Of a stretch of 64,000 nucleotides of DNA, positions 49,769 to 62,400 are shown piece by piece. Origin of the DNA: Paramoeba atlantica. Its lineage: Eukaryota; Protista; Discosea. The DNA lies in contig CDRNVI010000151.1 in the NCBI GenBank assembly GCA_977017575.1, positions 1 through 64,000 on the forward strand, written 5' to 3'. How positions within the stretch are numbered: position 1 is the first letter of the stretch; every line of letters begins with the position of its first letter. A program made the translations under genes and the position numbers. Below the pieces are notes generated by a model. It ran no database searches. It had not been told where the DNA came from and worked only from the letters and a program-made list of their open reading frames with translations.

Positions 49769-52700
49769 TTAATTGTATTCTTCTGAGATTCGAGGAAAGA
49801 TCAAAACAAATATTGCGCCCTGGTTCTCACGAGCAACTCGGATATTTTTCCAATTGATTGATCGAAAAACAGAGGGTTTCTTTGATAAAATAATTCTCAT
49901 CTCAAAATTTTCTTCTGCTGGAACTTTGCAAATTGCCTGATTTTTTTGATTGTAAAAAAAGAAAAATAAAAAAAATGAGAAGAAAAAAAAAAAAAACATG
50001 AAAGAAAGGAGATGTCCAAGGAGTGTACTGAAATTGAAGAAAAAGTTTCATGTAATCTTCTGATTCATAACATCGTGGTGTAATAATTGTCCCTAAAAAA
50101 AAATACACACAAAAAGAAAATAATGTTCAAAAAAAAAAGAGAGGAAAAAAAGAAACCAAAAAAAAAAAAAAGAATTCTTTTTTTTTTTCAAACCAAAAAT
50201 AGAGAAGACAAGAAGATGTAAATTGCCTCCATTTTCGCCAACTTCCAGTGAAATTCGAATTGGTGGATTTTTTACTGAACCTTTTCTTTTTTTTTAAATT
50301 CCCATTCATTGAGAGAAAAACAAAACATATTTTGTTTAAAGAAAGAAAGTATTTTGACATCAAATAACAAATAAAAAAAATATTGAAAAACTCACTTGAA
50401 ATTTGGATAAATGATCTAAGATCAGGAGAAATGTGTGATTCAACTCGAAATCTATTTTTCCTCTTTTCATCCTTTTCACCTTCTGTAATTTCATCATCTT
50501 CTTGTGTTTCTTCTTCTTCTACCATCAATTTTTTTCTCCTTCCCATCTTTACTTCTTTTTGTTCAAGTTTTATCTGTCTTTGCTTGCCAATACTAGCATC
50601 TGATCCATCTCCATTCTCTTCTTCTTCATCACTTCGAATGTGGGACATCCCTTTTCTTGCTTCAGGACTTTTCATTCCTCCAATTAAGATGCCAAGTCGG
50701 CCAGCAGAATCAGATCCTTTTTAAAAATAAAATGAATTAAACTATTTTTTTGAAAAAAAAAAGAGGGGAAGAGAGAGAGAGAGAGAGGAAAGGAACAAAA
50801 AAAAAAGAAAATGAGAAACTGTTACCAATGGAGCGACAACGCGAGTGTGTCCATCTTCTTGACTTCCTTGAGCGAGATGAGGAATGGGTTGCTGATGGTG
50901 AAGAAGAAGAAGAAGAAGAAGAAGGTTGATGACCATTTCCTGGTGAAACAGAAGGAGAGTAACTATAATCAGAAATGAAAGGAGAAGGATATCTGTTAAG
51001 TTCAACAATTGATTCACTTGGAGATTTTGATCTTATTCCATCAGGACATCGAAATTTTTGATTTTCAGGTGTGAGCGATTGATAAGTGGATGGTAGATCA
51101 GAGATTGAATCTCCAGGAAGAGAAATTTTATGTGAAACAGTAGGAGGAGAAAGCAAGTTGGCTGATGGAGACACCGATCTTGTTAATTTAGGTCGGTTAG
51201 AAGTACAGGATGATAATTCTAATCTTGGTGAAATCTCGGGGGGGGGTGGGGAACCAACTCGCTTCTTTGGAGACCCAGTGAGCCTTGGAAAAGAAGCAAA
51301 ACTTGCAATTTTACTGGATGATGAAGAAGAGGAAGTAGAAGAACTAATGGATGAAGAATTTTGAGGAGGAGGTGCTGGACAAGAGGCCGAAGGTAAAACC
51401 ATTTTCGCCTCTCGGGGAGAACTTTTCGTAAGAGATCGGGTCAAAAGATTCGACCCTCCAAAAAGAGTGCTCGTTTGTGATCTCTTTTTCTCTCTGCTCG
51501 GATCAAAAGAAGAGAAAGATGTCGTTGAGGTTTGGAGGACAGCCAATGGTGGAGAAGAATGACGAGGATTTGGGGTCAAACTGTTCTGACTTGATGGTCT
51601 TCCAGGTTTTGGTTCTTCTAAGTGTGGAGGAGAGAAAGAAGGTGATTCAAATGGCAAAGGTGCTTGATGTGATTGAGATTGAGATTGAGATTGAGATTGA
51701 GATTGAGATTGAGATTGAGATTGAGATTGAGATTGAGATTGAGATTGAGATTGGGAAAAATATTCCTCACCAAGAAGATTTGGAAGAGGAGATACAGGAG
51801 GGGGTTTCTCATCAAAGGACTCAGAAGAAGAGTAACTCTTCAAAAACTTCGCCGACTCTTCTTGAGAAAGCTCATGAGGACCAGGAATCAAAACAAATTG
51901 ATCCATATATTCATCTTCATTCCTCAAATCATCAAACAATTCAGCCTCACAACCCCATTCAAGTTGTTCAAGGCGGGGATCAAAGAAAAAGCTTTGGCGG
52001 GGAGGCCCATTTGCTCCTACTCGGATTGCTACAAGTGTTGTGTGGTCCATTTTTCCTGGGTATTTTTCATAGTCGCTTGGAAGCTTGAGAGAGAGAGAGA
52101 GAGAGAGAAGAGGAGAGGAAGGGGAAGGACAAAAAAAAAAAATATTCAAAGAGGAAGGAAAAGAGAAAAAAAATTGTTACAATATCGAAAGAAAGAAAAT
52201 TGAAGAGATAATGATTTAAAGGGAAAGAAAAATACCTTGTTTCTGGGTTGAGTTTCCATAAAGTGACGACTTGGTCGAGTTGTTTCACTACAATGTGAAA
52301 TTACATTTGGAACAACTTCATCTAAACTCAACACCTTTTTGTGTGCAAGAAAAAAATCAATGAAAAAAAAAACAATTCTTAAAGAAAAAAAAGGAACAAA
52401 AAAAAAAGAAAAAAAAGGAACAAAAAAAAAAGAAAAAAGAAAAAGAAAAAGAGAAAGAAAATAAAACCTTTGAAGGATAAGTTTCAACAATTGCCAGATT
52501 TTCTTTTTTCATTCGTTGCAAAAACCATCCCCTGATCTCTCTATCTGACATTTTACTCGTTTTTTCAAGCTGTAAAAATATTCGAATGAGTTTTGAATCA
52601 TTAATAAAATATTATTCATAAATTCTTTTTAAAAAAATATGTAACTAAATTAATTCTTTATCCAAAATCAAGAACTTTTAGAGAATAGAAAATAAAAAAA

Positions 52701-54248
52701 AATAATTTCTTTTTCTTTTTCTAAAAAGAGAAGAGAGAACAAAAAAACCTCATCAATTTGGTCATTTGATGGATAAGGTGAAACCGTTTGAAAGAAAGTC
52801 TCAAAATTTTGGAGCTCTTCCATTGTCATTTCTATTTCATTTTCTAAACAGAAGAAAAGAAAAAGAAAAAAAGAGAGAAGAGAGAAGAGAGAAGAGAGAA
52901 GAGAGAAGAGAGATAGAGAAGAGAGAGAGAAGAGAGAGAGAGAAGAGAGAGAGAAGAGAGAGAAGAGAAATACCTGCTGGGGGAATAGAATCCTCTTTAC
53001 TTAAAAATTTCACATCCATTTTATCTGTTTATTTTTATTTAATTTTATTATTTGATTCAGGAATTCAATCTTTATTGGATAATTTATTGAAAGAATTCTT
53101 AAGGTTTTCTTTCATTTTTTATTCTTTTTTGTCTTGGTTTGGGGGAGAGAAGAGAGAAGAGAAAAGAGAAAAGAGAAAAGAGAGAAGAGAGGGAGGAGAG
53201 AGAGAAAAAAACCTGGGTTGTTAAGAATGGACATTCGAGGAGAAATCATCCCTACAATTTCAAGAAAAAATAAGTTTTTCTTCAAAAAAAACAAACATTT
53301 TTCTCTTCTCCTTCTTTCTCTTTCTTTCTCTCTCTCTCTCCTCTCTTTCTTCTCTATCCTTCCCACACACACAACAACAACAAACCTACAGCATCATGTT
53401 GAAAAGCAAAACACTTCCTCAAATTACGAGCCATCTCCTCCGCACTATGCGTCACAAGATAACTAATAAAAGATCGCTGAATACAAGATTTCAGTGAAAG
53501 ACCCATTGTACTTTTCCAACTGAAATCAGGCCAATTGCTGTAGATTTCGTTGCTTGAGTGGTTCAGTGATTCTGTTTTTTTTGTTTTTTGTTTTTTTTGA
53601 ACAAGTTTTTGTTAGTTTGGTTTGGTTTTGGGGGGAAGGAAGAAAAAGAAAAGAAAAAGAAAAAGAAGAAAAAAAGAAGAAAAAGAAAAAGAAAAGAAAA
53701 AGAAAGAAAAAGAGAAAGAAAAAGAAAAAGAAAGAAAAACTTTGATTTCGAGATTTGAGTGAATCACCCTTTTCTGATTTAGAAAACCATTCTCTCTACA
53801 AAAAAAAAGAAAGAAAAAGAGAACAGAAAAAAGAAGAAAAAAAGAAAGGATGAGCCTCTTAAAAATGACCTTTTCTCTCCCTTCTCTTCTCTCCTCTCCT
53901 CTCTCTCCTCCCTCTCCTCCCTCTCTCTCCTCTCTCTCCTCTCTCCCCTCTCTCTCTCTCTCCCCAAACCAAAACAAACAAAACAAAAAAACCGGATTCA
54001 TAACCGCTTCAGTAAGAGCTTGCCAGTGAGGATGAGCAATATCAGGACCATCAAGCCCCTCCATTTCATCTTCAAATGTCACAGCTCCGTTTCCTCTGAT
54101 GTATGAGAGGCTGATTGTCTGTGTGGAGAGGGGGAGTGTTTTTTGAGGGGAAGAAAGGGGGAGAAAAGAAAAAAGAAAACAAAACAAAACAAACAAAACA
54201 AACAAAACAAACAAAACAAACAAAACAAAAAGGAAAAAAGAAAAAAAG

Positions 54249-54279
<31 letters not shown>

Positions 54280-55320
54280 AAAAAAGGGGAAAAAAAGGAA
54301 AAAGAAAAAAGAAAAAAGAAAAAAAGAAAAAAAGAAAAAAAGAAAAAAAGAAAAAAAGAAAAAAAGAAAAAAAGAAAAAAAGAAAAAAAGAAAAAAAACC
54401 ATAAATTCAGGAGTACGATCAGCACGACGTTCTTTCTTCACTTTCCATTTCGCAGACATTTGAATCTCCCAAGTTTGTGGCAATGGCTTTCCTGTGTGTG
54501 TTGTTGCCTCATATGCAAACACTTTTTGTACCTTTTTGTGTTCCTGTTGAAAAAGAAAGGGGGAGAGAAAGAGAAGAGAGAAGAGAGAGAGGGAAAGAAA
54601 TGAGAAACAAAATTGAATAGAAGGAAAAGAAAGGAAAAGAAAAAAGAAAAAAGAAAAGAAAAAGAAGGAAAAACCTCTCCAATAAGATCATCCCCAAAAG
54701 TTTCTTTTGAAAAACATTGAACAAGAATTGTCGCATTTCGATCCTATTTTCATGATTTTTAGAAAAGAAAAGAAAATGAAAAAGAGAAATAGAGAAAAAA
54801 GAAAAGAGAAATGAGAAAAAGAAAGAAAAAGAAAAAAAACACCACAGAAACACAAAAAACAATAAAAAAAACACAACAAAAAAAACACAAAAAAACACTC
54901 CAAAAAAACCAAAAACCTTCCAATCAAAAAGAAACTCTTGATTCCACTCCCACTGACTCTGAGGCGAAGAAACAAAAACAACAACAACAATAATAACAAA
55001 CAATAACAACAAATCACAAAAAAACCAAACCTTCCAATCAAAAAGAAACTCTTGATTCCACTCCCACTGACTCTGAGGCGAAGAACTCCTACACCGAACA
55101 GTATTAGTCCGAAACTTCTTATTTGTTCTATTTGTTATTCTATCCATAAATGTCACGAGACAATATCTTTCTTCGCCGATTGATCCTTCGCCTAATTTTG
55201 TGGGAGGAGGGTTTTCAGTTTTTTATGTTTACATAAACTAAGATTTTTTCTTCGAAGAATAAATGAGAATAATAATAAATATCAAAATAAAATAATAATA
55301 TAATTTTTAAATAAAATGAA

Positions 55321-55351
<31 letters not shown>

Positions 55352-57201
55352 ACAATCACAAACATGACATAATATTTAACACAACTTTTCCAGGTTGAAG
55401 TTTCGATTCATTACGAACACAACAAAGTATTTCTTCTCTCACACCTGGAAGAGTTAAGGTCCTCAAAATTGGTGGAAGAACATTTGAACTGTAATTGTTG
55501 TTTTAGTGGTTGTTTTAGTGGTTGTTTTGGAAAAGGAAGGAAAAGGAAAAGGAAGGAAAAGGAAAAGGAAGGAAAAGGAAAAGGAAGAAAGGAGAAAGGA
55601 AAAAAAAAGAAAAAAAAAAAAAAGAAGAAAAAACAACAAACTTTGGAATAAGAGAACAAAGAAGGGAACGAAAAAGAGCAGTAGAAAAACCAAGATGTTC
55701 TGGATCAAGATTATCATGAACTCCATCTGTGCACCCCAAAAAATGCTGTAATAATAAATGAATCAAGCGAATGATAGAAATAAAATAAAGAAAATAAAGA
55801 AAATAAAGAAAATAAAGAAAATAAATAAAATAAATAAAATAAATCAAAACAAAAAAAAAACCAAAAAAACCCAAAAACCCAAAAAAAAACCCCAAAAAAA
55901 CCCCCCCAAAAAAAAAATCAAAAAGAAAAACAAACATCACCACGACGACAATACTGAACATGAAGATGAATATTTCGAAGATCAGGAAACATCGACCGCC
56001 GATAAAACCCAATTCTTCCTCCTGAATCTGATGCTGATCCGTGCGACCTTTTGTTTTTGTTTTGTTTTTTTAATCATTTTGAAATGTTGTATTTTAATAT
56101 TTCAAAAAAAGATCAATGAGAAGATAGATTGTAATGTTCAAATCAAGTGGTGTTCCCACTTGGAGGACTTTTTTAAAACAACATTTTCTCATCATAAAAA
56201 CGAATCAATAAATAATTTTAAATACTAAATCAATAAAATCTTTCAAAAAAAAAATTAAAATAAAATAAAATAAATCAAAAAACCGATTTGAAGCTGTCAA
56301 ATCAATGGCAAGAGGAAAATGATCAGAACAAATAAAAGCTTTACAATCTCCAACCCCCGCTAAAACCACTGCCCATTCCTGAAACAAAAGAATCAATCCC
56401 CAGCAACAAAAGAAAGAAAGAAATGACTCATTCAATGAAAAAACTCACAAACACACAAAAGAACATACAAAAAAAAACACAAAAACAATACAAAAAAAAA
56501 GAGAAACCTTAGATCATAACGTTCAGAAGGAGCAACTTGAACAATAGCACCAGTAACAAAAAAAAATACACAAAAACAAACAAAACAAACAAACAAAAAC
56601 AAACAAAAAATACAAAAAAAAAGAACCTTATCAGGATCATAACGTTCAGAAGGAGCAACTTGAACAATAGCACCAGTAACCAAAGTAGTACCACCCGCAT
56701 CTTCAGGAGAATTTACGGTTTCAAATACGGCCTTGTGTGCTTCCATTAGTGCTCTTAATGAAAGGTAAACCATTCCTAATAATGTGTCGCTTTTGAAGTA
56801 TGCCTGGAGAGAGGGAATGAGATGAGGGGAGAGAAGGGGAGAGAAAAAAATGAGAAAAGAAAAAGAAAAAAAAAGAAAAAAAAAGAAAAAAGAAAAAAGA
56901 AAAAGAAAAAAGAAAGAAAAAAGAAAAAAACAAAAAAAAACAAAAAAAAAACAAAAAAGAAAAAGAAAAAAAACAAAAACAAAAAAGAAAAAAAAAAAAA
57001 AGAAAAAAGAAAAAGAAAAAAAAAACATTTTTTAATTTAAGAATATCAATAGCTCTCTGACCAGCTTGACGAGCAGCATCTCTAGGAGCAACCCCCCAAT
57101 TACACCCATCTGCTATTGCGAAGAGGTGTCGATTTTCGTAAATCTGTTTTTGTTTTTTTTTTTATGTTATTTTGTTTTGTTTTTTGTTTTTGTTTTTTTG
57201 T

Positions 57202-57236
<35 letters not shown>

Positions 57237-58095
57237 GTTTTTTGGATGGGGAAAATTGGTTGGTTTGAGTTTTTTTGTATCAGCAAATATAAAAAACAGT
57301 CAACAAACAAAAAATATTAAATCAACAACAAAAAAAACATATTAAATCAAAAAAAAAAAAGAAAAAAAAGAAATAAAAAAAAGAAAAAAAAAAAAAGAAA
57401 AAAAAGAAAAAAAAAAAAAAAAGAAAAAAAGAAAAAAAGAAAAAAAGAAAAAAAGAAAAAAAAAAAAAAGAAAAAAAAAGAAAAAGAAACCTCAGAACGA
57501 TAAAAATCACAAATAGGATCACCCGCACGACCTTGTTGTTCAACATTCAATCTCGGATATGTTGATGTTGATTCTGCCACTGCGATTGGTAGTCCTGTTT
57601 TTTTTGTTTTTTGATTTTTTGATTTTTTGATTTTTGATTTTTTGATTTTTTTTTTGATTTTTTTGATTTTGTTTTTTTGTTTTTGTTTTTGTTTTTTTGT
57701 TTTTGTTTTTTTGTTTTGTTTTTTTTTTGTTTTTTTTTTGTTTTTTGTTTTGTTTTTTTGTTTGTATCTTCTTCACCCACAACCCTTCTTTCTTTCTCTT
57801 CTCCTTTCTTCTCTAAAAAAAAAAATCTGATCCAAAAGATCTTCTCTCAAAAAAAAAAAAACCTGCCATCATCTTCACAGGAGAAGACAAATGTCCTCTG
57901 AGAGATTCAGTTGACTGAAAACCAAAAGAATTGGAACGATCCATGATTGGAGATGTGGGAGAGAAAGAGATAGAACCGGTTGGTATTGAAGAGGAGGAGG
58001 AGCTAGGAGCAGAAAAGGAAGAGGAGGAAGAGGAAGAAGAAGAGGAGGAAGAGGAAGAAGTAGAGAATGAGGAAGAGGAAGAGGAAGAGGAGGAA

Positions 58096-58134
<39 letters not shown>

Positions 58135-59239
58135 CAAAATGAAGAAAAAGAACTTGAGACCAAAGTCGGGGAAGGAGTAAGAGAAGAGCAAGAAGGAGAA
58201 GGAGGAGAGAGAAGAGAGACTGAATCAGGTGAAGAGATTGGAGAAATAAGAGGAGAATGAGGAGTACGAAGAGGAGGAGGAGAATCAAGAAGAGAGAGAG
58301 ATTGAGATAAGGTGAGAGAAGAAAGAGTAGAAGAAGAAGGAGAAGGGGGAGAAGGAGAAGAAGGAGAAGGAAGAGAGGGAGAAGGAAGAGAAGAAGGAAG
58401 AGAAGGAGAAGAAGGAAGTGGAGGAGGTGGAGAAGAAGAAGAGTTTTGAGAACAAGAATCAGAAGAAAGAGAAAGAAGTTTCTTTTCAGAAACAGTTAAG
58501 ATTCCAACATTTTGAAAGTCTTCTGTGGCAACAGTTTTGAATGGATGAAGAGGCAATTCCAAAAGAAAAAAGAAATCTTTGAATGTGAAATCGTCATAAT
58601 AACAATCGATAAAGTCTCGAAAGTGAAAATCGATTGCTTGGGTTGTGTTCTAAAAAAGAAAAGAAAAGAGAAAGAAAAAGGAGAGACTTTTTTTCAAAAA
58701 AAAGAAAGAAAAAAAGAAGGAAAAAAAAAAGGAAAAAAAGAAAAAGAAAGAAAAGAAAAAAGAAAGAAAAGAAGAACTTTTGGTTTTTCAAGTGGTTTGA
58801 CTCTTCTCACTCGACTAATTGAAAAAAAAAGTGAACAAATATTATTGAAAAATAATTAAAAAAGAAACATTGAAAGTTTTTTTAATTTAAAATTTCTTGC
58901 GAACCATAGCAGTGTTTAAAAAAAAAAAAAAGAATTTAACAAAACAAAACAAAAACAAAATGAAAACTTCCAAAAAACAAAAACAACTCCACCAAAAAAT
59001 AAAAAAAAACATCAAAAACAAAAACAACTTCAAAAAAAACACAAAAAACAAAAAACACAAAAACTTCACAAAAACAAAAACCTTGGTTCTCGTTCCTTCA
59101 TCCGTTGCTTCTCAATCAAATAATAATAAAGCTCCCGAACCTTCTCATGACACCCTCTCCTCTCAATCATCTCCCGAATCACCTCACTAGGCTGAGCATT
59201 GCTCCGCAACAACATCTTCTCACCCCCCCCTCTCGACAT
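49769..59239 (-). CDS. Large PP2C-like (PPM) phosphatase-domain protein with an inserted C2-like domain and long Ser/Pro-rich regions
   Basis: Ordered exons AIADGCNWG, GGTTL, GVGDCKAF, GGRIG..PDLRNI, TDGVHDNLDPEHLG, then C2-like VVLNIMSCE..YCLVTF..WEWNQEF, then HCSETTRPSRHFME|LPSDYEKYPGKMDHTT. Ends and some exons uncertain; could be more than one gene. Confidence 0.65.
51672..51752. repeat. (GATTGA)n hexamer microsatellite encoding an SQ repeat on the minus strand
   Basis: About 13 perfect units inside the ORF 50737-52149. Confidence 0.9.
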
Positions 59240-59474
59240 CTTGAAAGAAAGAAAGAAAGAGAAAGGAAAACAGATGGATAAAACTGGATAAAACGCAAGA
59301 AAAGGTTCTTTTTTTGTCCCATTACCATTTCCGGAAAATTCACGAATCCGGAATCGGAACCGGAATCGGAACCGGAAACTGAAAAATCAAAACCGGAACC
59401 GGATTTCTGTCCGTTACGATTGTTTGTTTGGTGTTTTTTTCGAACTTCAACTTTTGGTTCTTTTCTTTTGGCCA

Positions 59475-62400
59475 ATGGACGAATGTGGCTCTTCTACAAC
59501 CCTCGAAGAAAATTTGAGTGAAGAGAAGAGTGGTGAGAATGAAAAAAGACGGAGTTCTAGAGTGAGAAAATCGGTCTCTCGGCTCTCTGCTTCCATTGAA
59601 GAAGGGAAAGGGAAAAAGAAAGAAAAAAAAGTTGATGGAAAGGAGAAAGGAGAAAGTTCAGAGACCACAGAAAGAATCACCTCCAAACAAACAAAATTGA
59701 TTTTTTCAGGGTCAAGTCTTTCATCTTCTCTCGAATCAGAACAGAAAAAACCGGCTGCTCAACAAAAAGCTGGAAGAGTTGTGAACAAAAACTCACAGAG
59801 AGATGGCCAAACGAATTTGAGCGCATTTCTTCTTGAGAACTCGAATGATTCTCAAATCCAGGAAAGAGAAGATGGAAAAGGAGAAGATGAAGATGAAGAT
59901 GAAGATGAAGATGAAGATACAGAACCTTTTTCTTCACCTGCCCCTTCTCCAATGTTACCTTCTTCTCCCTTTTCTCCCTGTTCACCACTTCATTTGGCTC
60001 TTGAGGAAGATGAAAGGAGAGGCGAGAAAGAAAAAGTTCAGAAGAGAGAAGAAAGAAAAGAAAAGAGTTCGACAGGAAAGAAACCATGTGCAAAAAAGAA
60101 AAAAGAAGAACAGGGAGAAGCCAGGAAGGAAGAAAGTCAACCCGAACCAATGGAAATTGATGATGATTTATCTTCGAAAGAAAAACCCAGAAATCGAAAA
60201 AGAAAAGGGCAAGAGGTTTCGACGAGAACCAAAAAACAAAAAGTTTTAAAGTTTTCTGATACAACTTCAACTTCAACTCAAACTCCAGCACCAATTCCAA
60301 TTCCATCTTCAACTCCAACTCCAACTCCCACTTTTACTCCGTCTTTTGTTCCAACTCCAACTCCAACTCTGATTCCAACTTCAACATTCACTCCAACTCC
60401 AATCTCAACCGCAATTTCACCGACCACAATGACACCAATAAATATGGCCCCATCAACAATAGCCATGACAACACAACCAATAACCAACACAACATCGACA
60501 ATGACAAGACAGCCGAGATTGATCTTGCCAAAACCATCGGTGGCACCAGCAACAATGATCATGACAACACCATCGACAATGACACCATCGACAATGACAC
60601 CAACATCTTTTATGACAACACCAACACCGATGATCATGACAACACTCCCAACAATAACAACACCATCTACATCCCCAACACCATCGATAATGACACCACC
60701 TTTAATGACAATACCATCTTCAATGACAACACCTTCCACATTGACAACATTCCCATCTACAATGACAACATTCCCACCGACAACACCATCTTCAATGACA
60801 ATACCATCTTCAATGACAACACCTTCTTCAATGACGACATTCCCTTCTACAATGACAACACTCCCATCGACAACACCTTCTTCAATGACAACACCTTCTT
60901 CAATGACAACAAATGGAACGAGATTAAAAAGAAGAAAGAAGAGTGAGGGGCGAGAAGAATTTGAAGGACAAAGAAAGTCTTCTCGTTTGTCTGCTCGTTC
61001 TGCTCTTTCATCTCAGTTAACCCTTTCTTTTTTCTTTTCTTTTCTTTTCTTTTCTTTTTCTTTTTTTCTTTCCTTTTTCTCTCTTTTTTTCTCTCTTTTC
61101 TTTCTTTCTCTTTTCTAAATTACTTTTACAGACCAGCCCAAAATCAAAACCAGAATACTTTACTTCAATTTTGTTCTCCAACCACAAATATCCCCTCTTC
61201 TTCTTCTCTCGCTCCTCCTCTCAGCGTGAGTCCGATGCCTGGTTTTACAACTATTATGCCCCTCTCTTCTCCTCTCCCTCAAGAAAGAGAGAAGAAAGAA
61301 GAGAAAGAGAAAGAGAAAGAGAAAGAGAAGGAGAAAGGAAAGGAAGTAAATAAGTTTTTTTTGCCTCGAAAACAATCGAAAAAGGGAACTGGAACGACTT
61401 CTCGTTCTTCTTCTTTGCCTGTTTCTCAAAGTTTGTTTTTATTTCTTATTTCTTATTTTATTTTTTAATATAATTACTCTTTTATTATTATTATATTATC
61501 TTTTTTGAGTTATCTTTTACTTTTTTTCTTTCTTTCTCTTTTGTTTTCTTTCTTAATTCGTAATTTTCACAAACAGAACAAAAAACAACTTCTTTTCAAC
61601 TTCCTTTGTTTCCATCTTCACTCCATATCCCCTCTTCTCTCTCTTTGTCTCTCCCTTTGTCTCTCCCTTCGTCTCTCCCTTCATCTCTCCCCTCTTCTAC
61701 CTCTTTATTTTCTTCTTTATCTTCTTCTTTATCTTCTTCTTCTTCCTCTTCTCTCTCTCCTTCCCCTCTCGAAATCCTTTCCTTTCCATTCATGGAAAAA
61801 TGTCGACAACTAAGAGAGAAAGAGAAAGAGAAAGAGAAAGGGAAAGAAAGAGAAAAAGAAAAAGAGATAACAGTTGAAGGATTTCATTCTTTTTGTTCTT
61901 CATCTTTTGTTCAATTGTATTTCCAATATTTGATTAATTGTTTGCTTTATTTTCAAGGTTTTTCTTTCTTTTTCTTTCTTTTTCTTTCTTTTTCTTTCTT
62001 TTTCTTTCTTTCTTTTCTTTCTTTTCTCTCTTTTCTCCCCTCTCTTCTCTTCTCTCTTCTACCTTCTCGTTTTTCTCTTTCTCCCCTTCTTTCTTCTTAC
62101 TTTCCTTTTCAGACGAGATAGAAAAAATTGGAGAAAATAATGCAACACCAGAGATTAAATCTGATGACCCTCCTCCTCCTCCAGATCTCTCTTCTTTCTA
62201 TCTCTCTCCTCTCTCTTATCTCTCTCCTTCTTCTGTTTCTCCTTCCTCTCCTTCTTCTCTTCCTTTTCCTTCTCGTCATCCTTTTCCGCTTTCACAACCC
62301 CTTCTTTGTTCTCTTTTTCCTTCTCTTTTTGAGGAAGTGAAAGAAGAGAGAGAAGAGAGAGAGGGAGAAGAAAAAGAAAAGAGAGCAGAAAGAGAGAGAG

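Noticed and set aside
60540-60915. MTTPSS-type repeats in the ATAD5 N-terminus as a separate mucin-like gene
   Set aside because: They are in frame within the ATAD5 first exon and fit the genome-wide low-complexity expansion.
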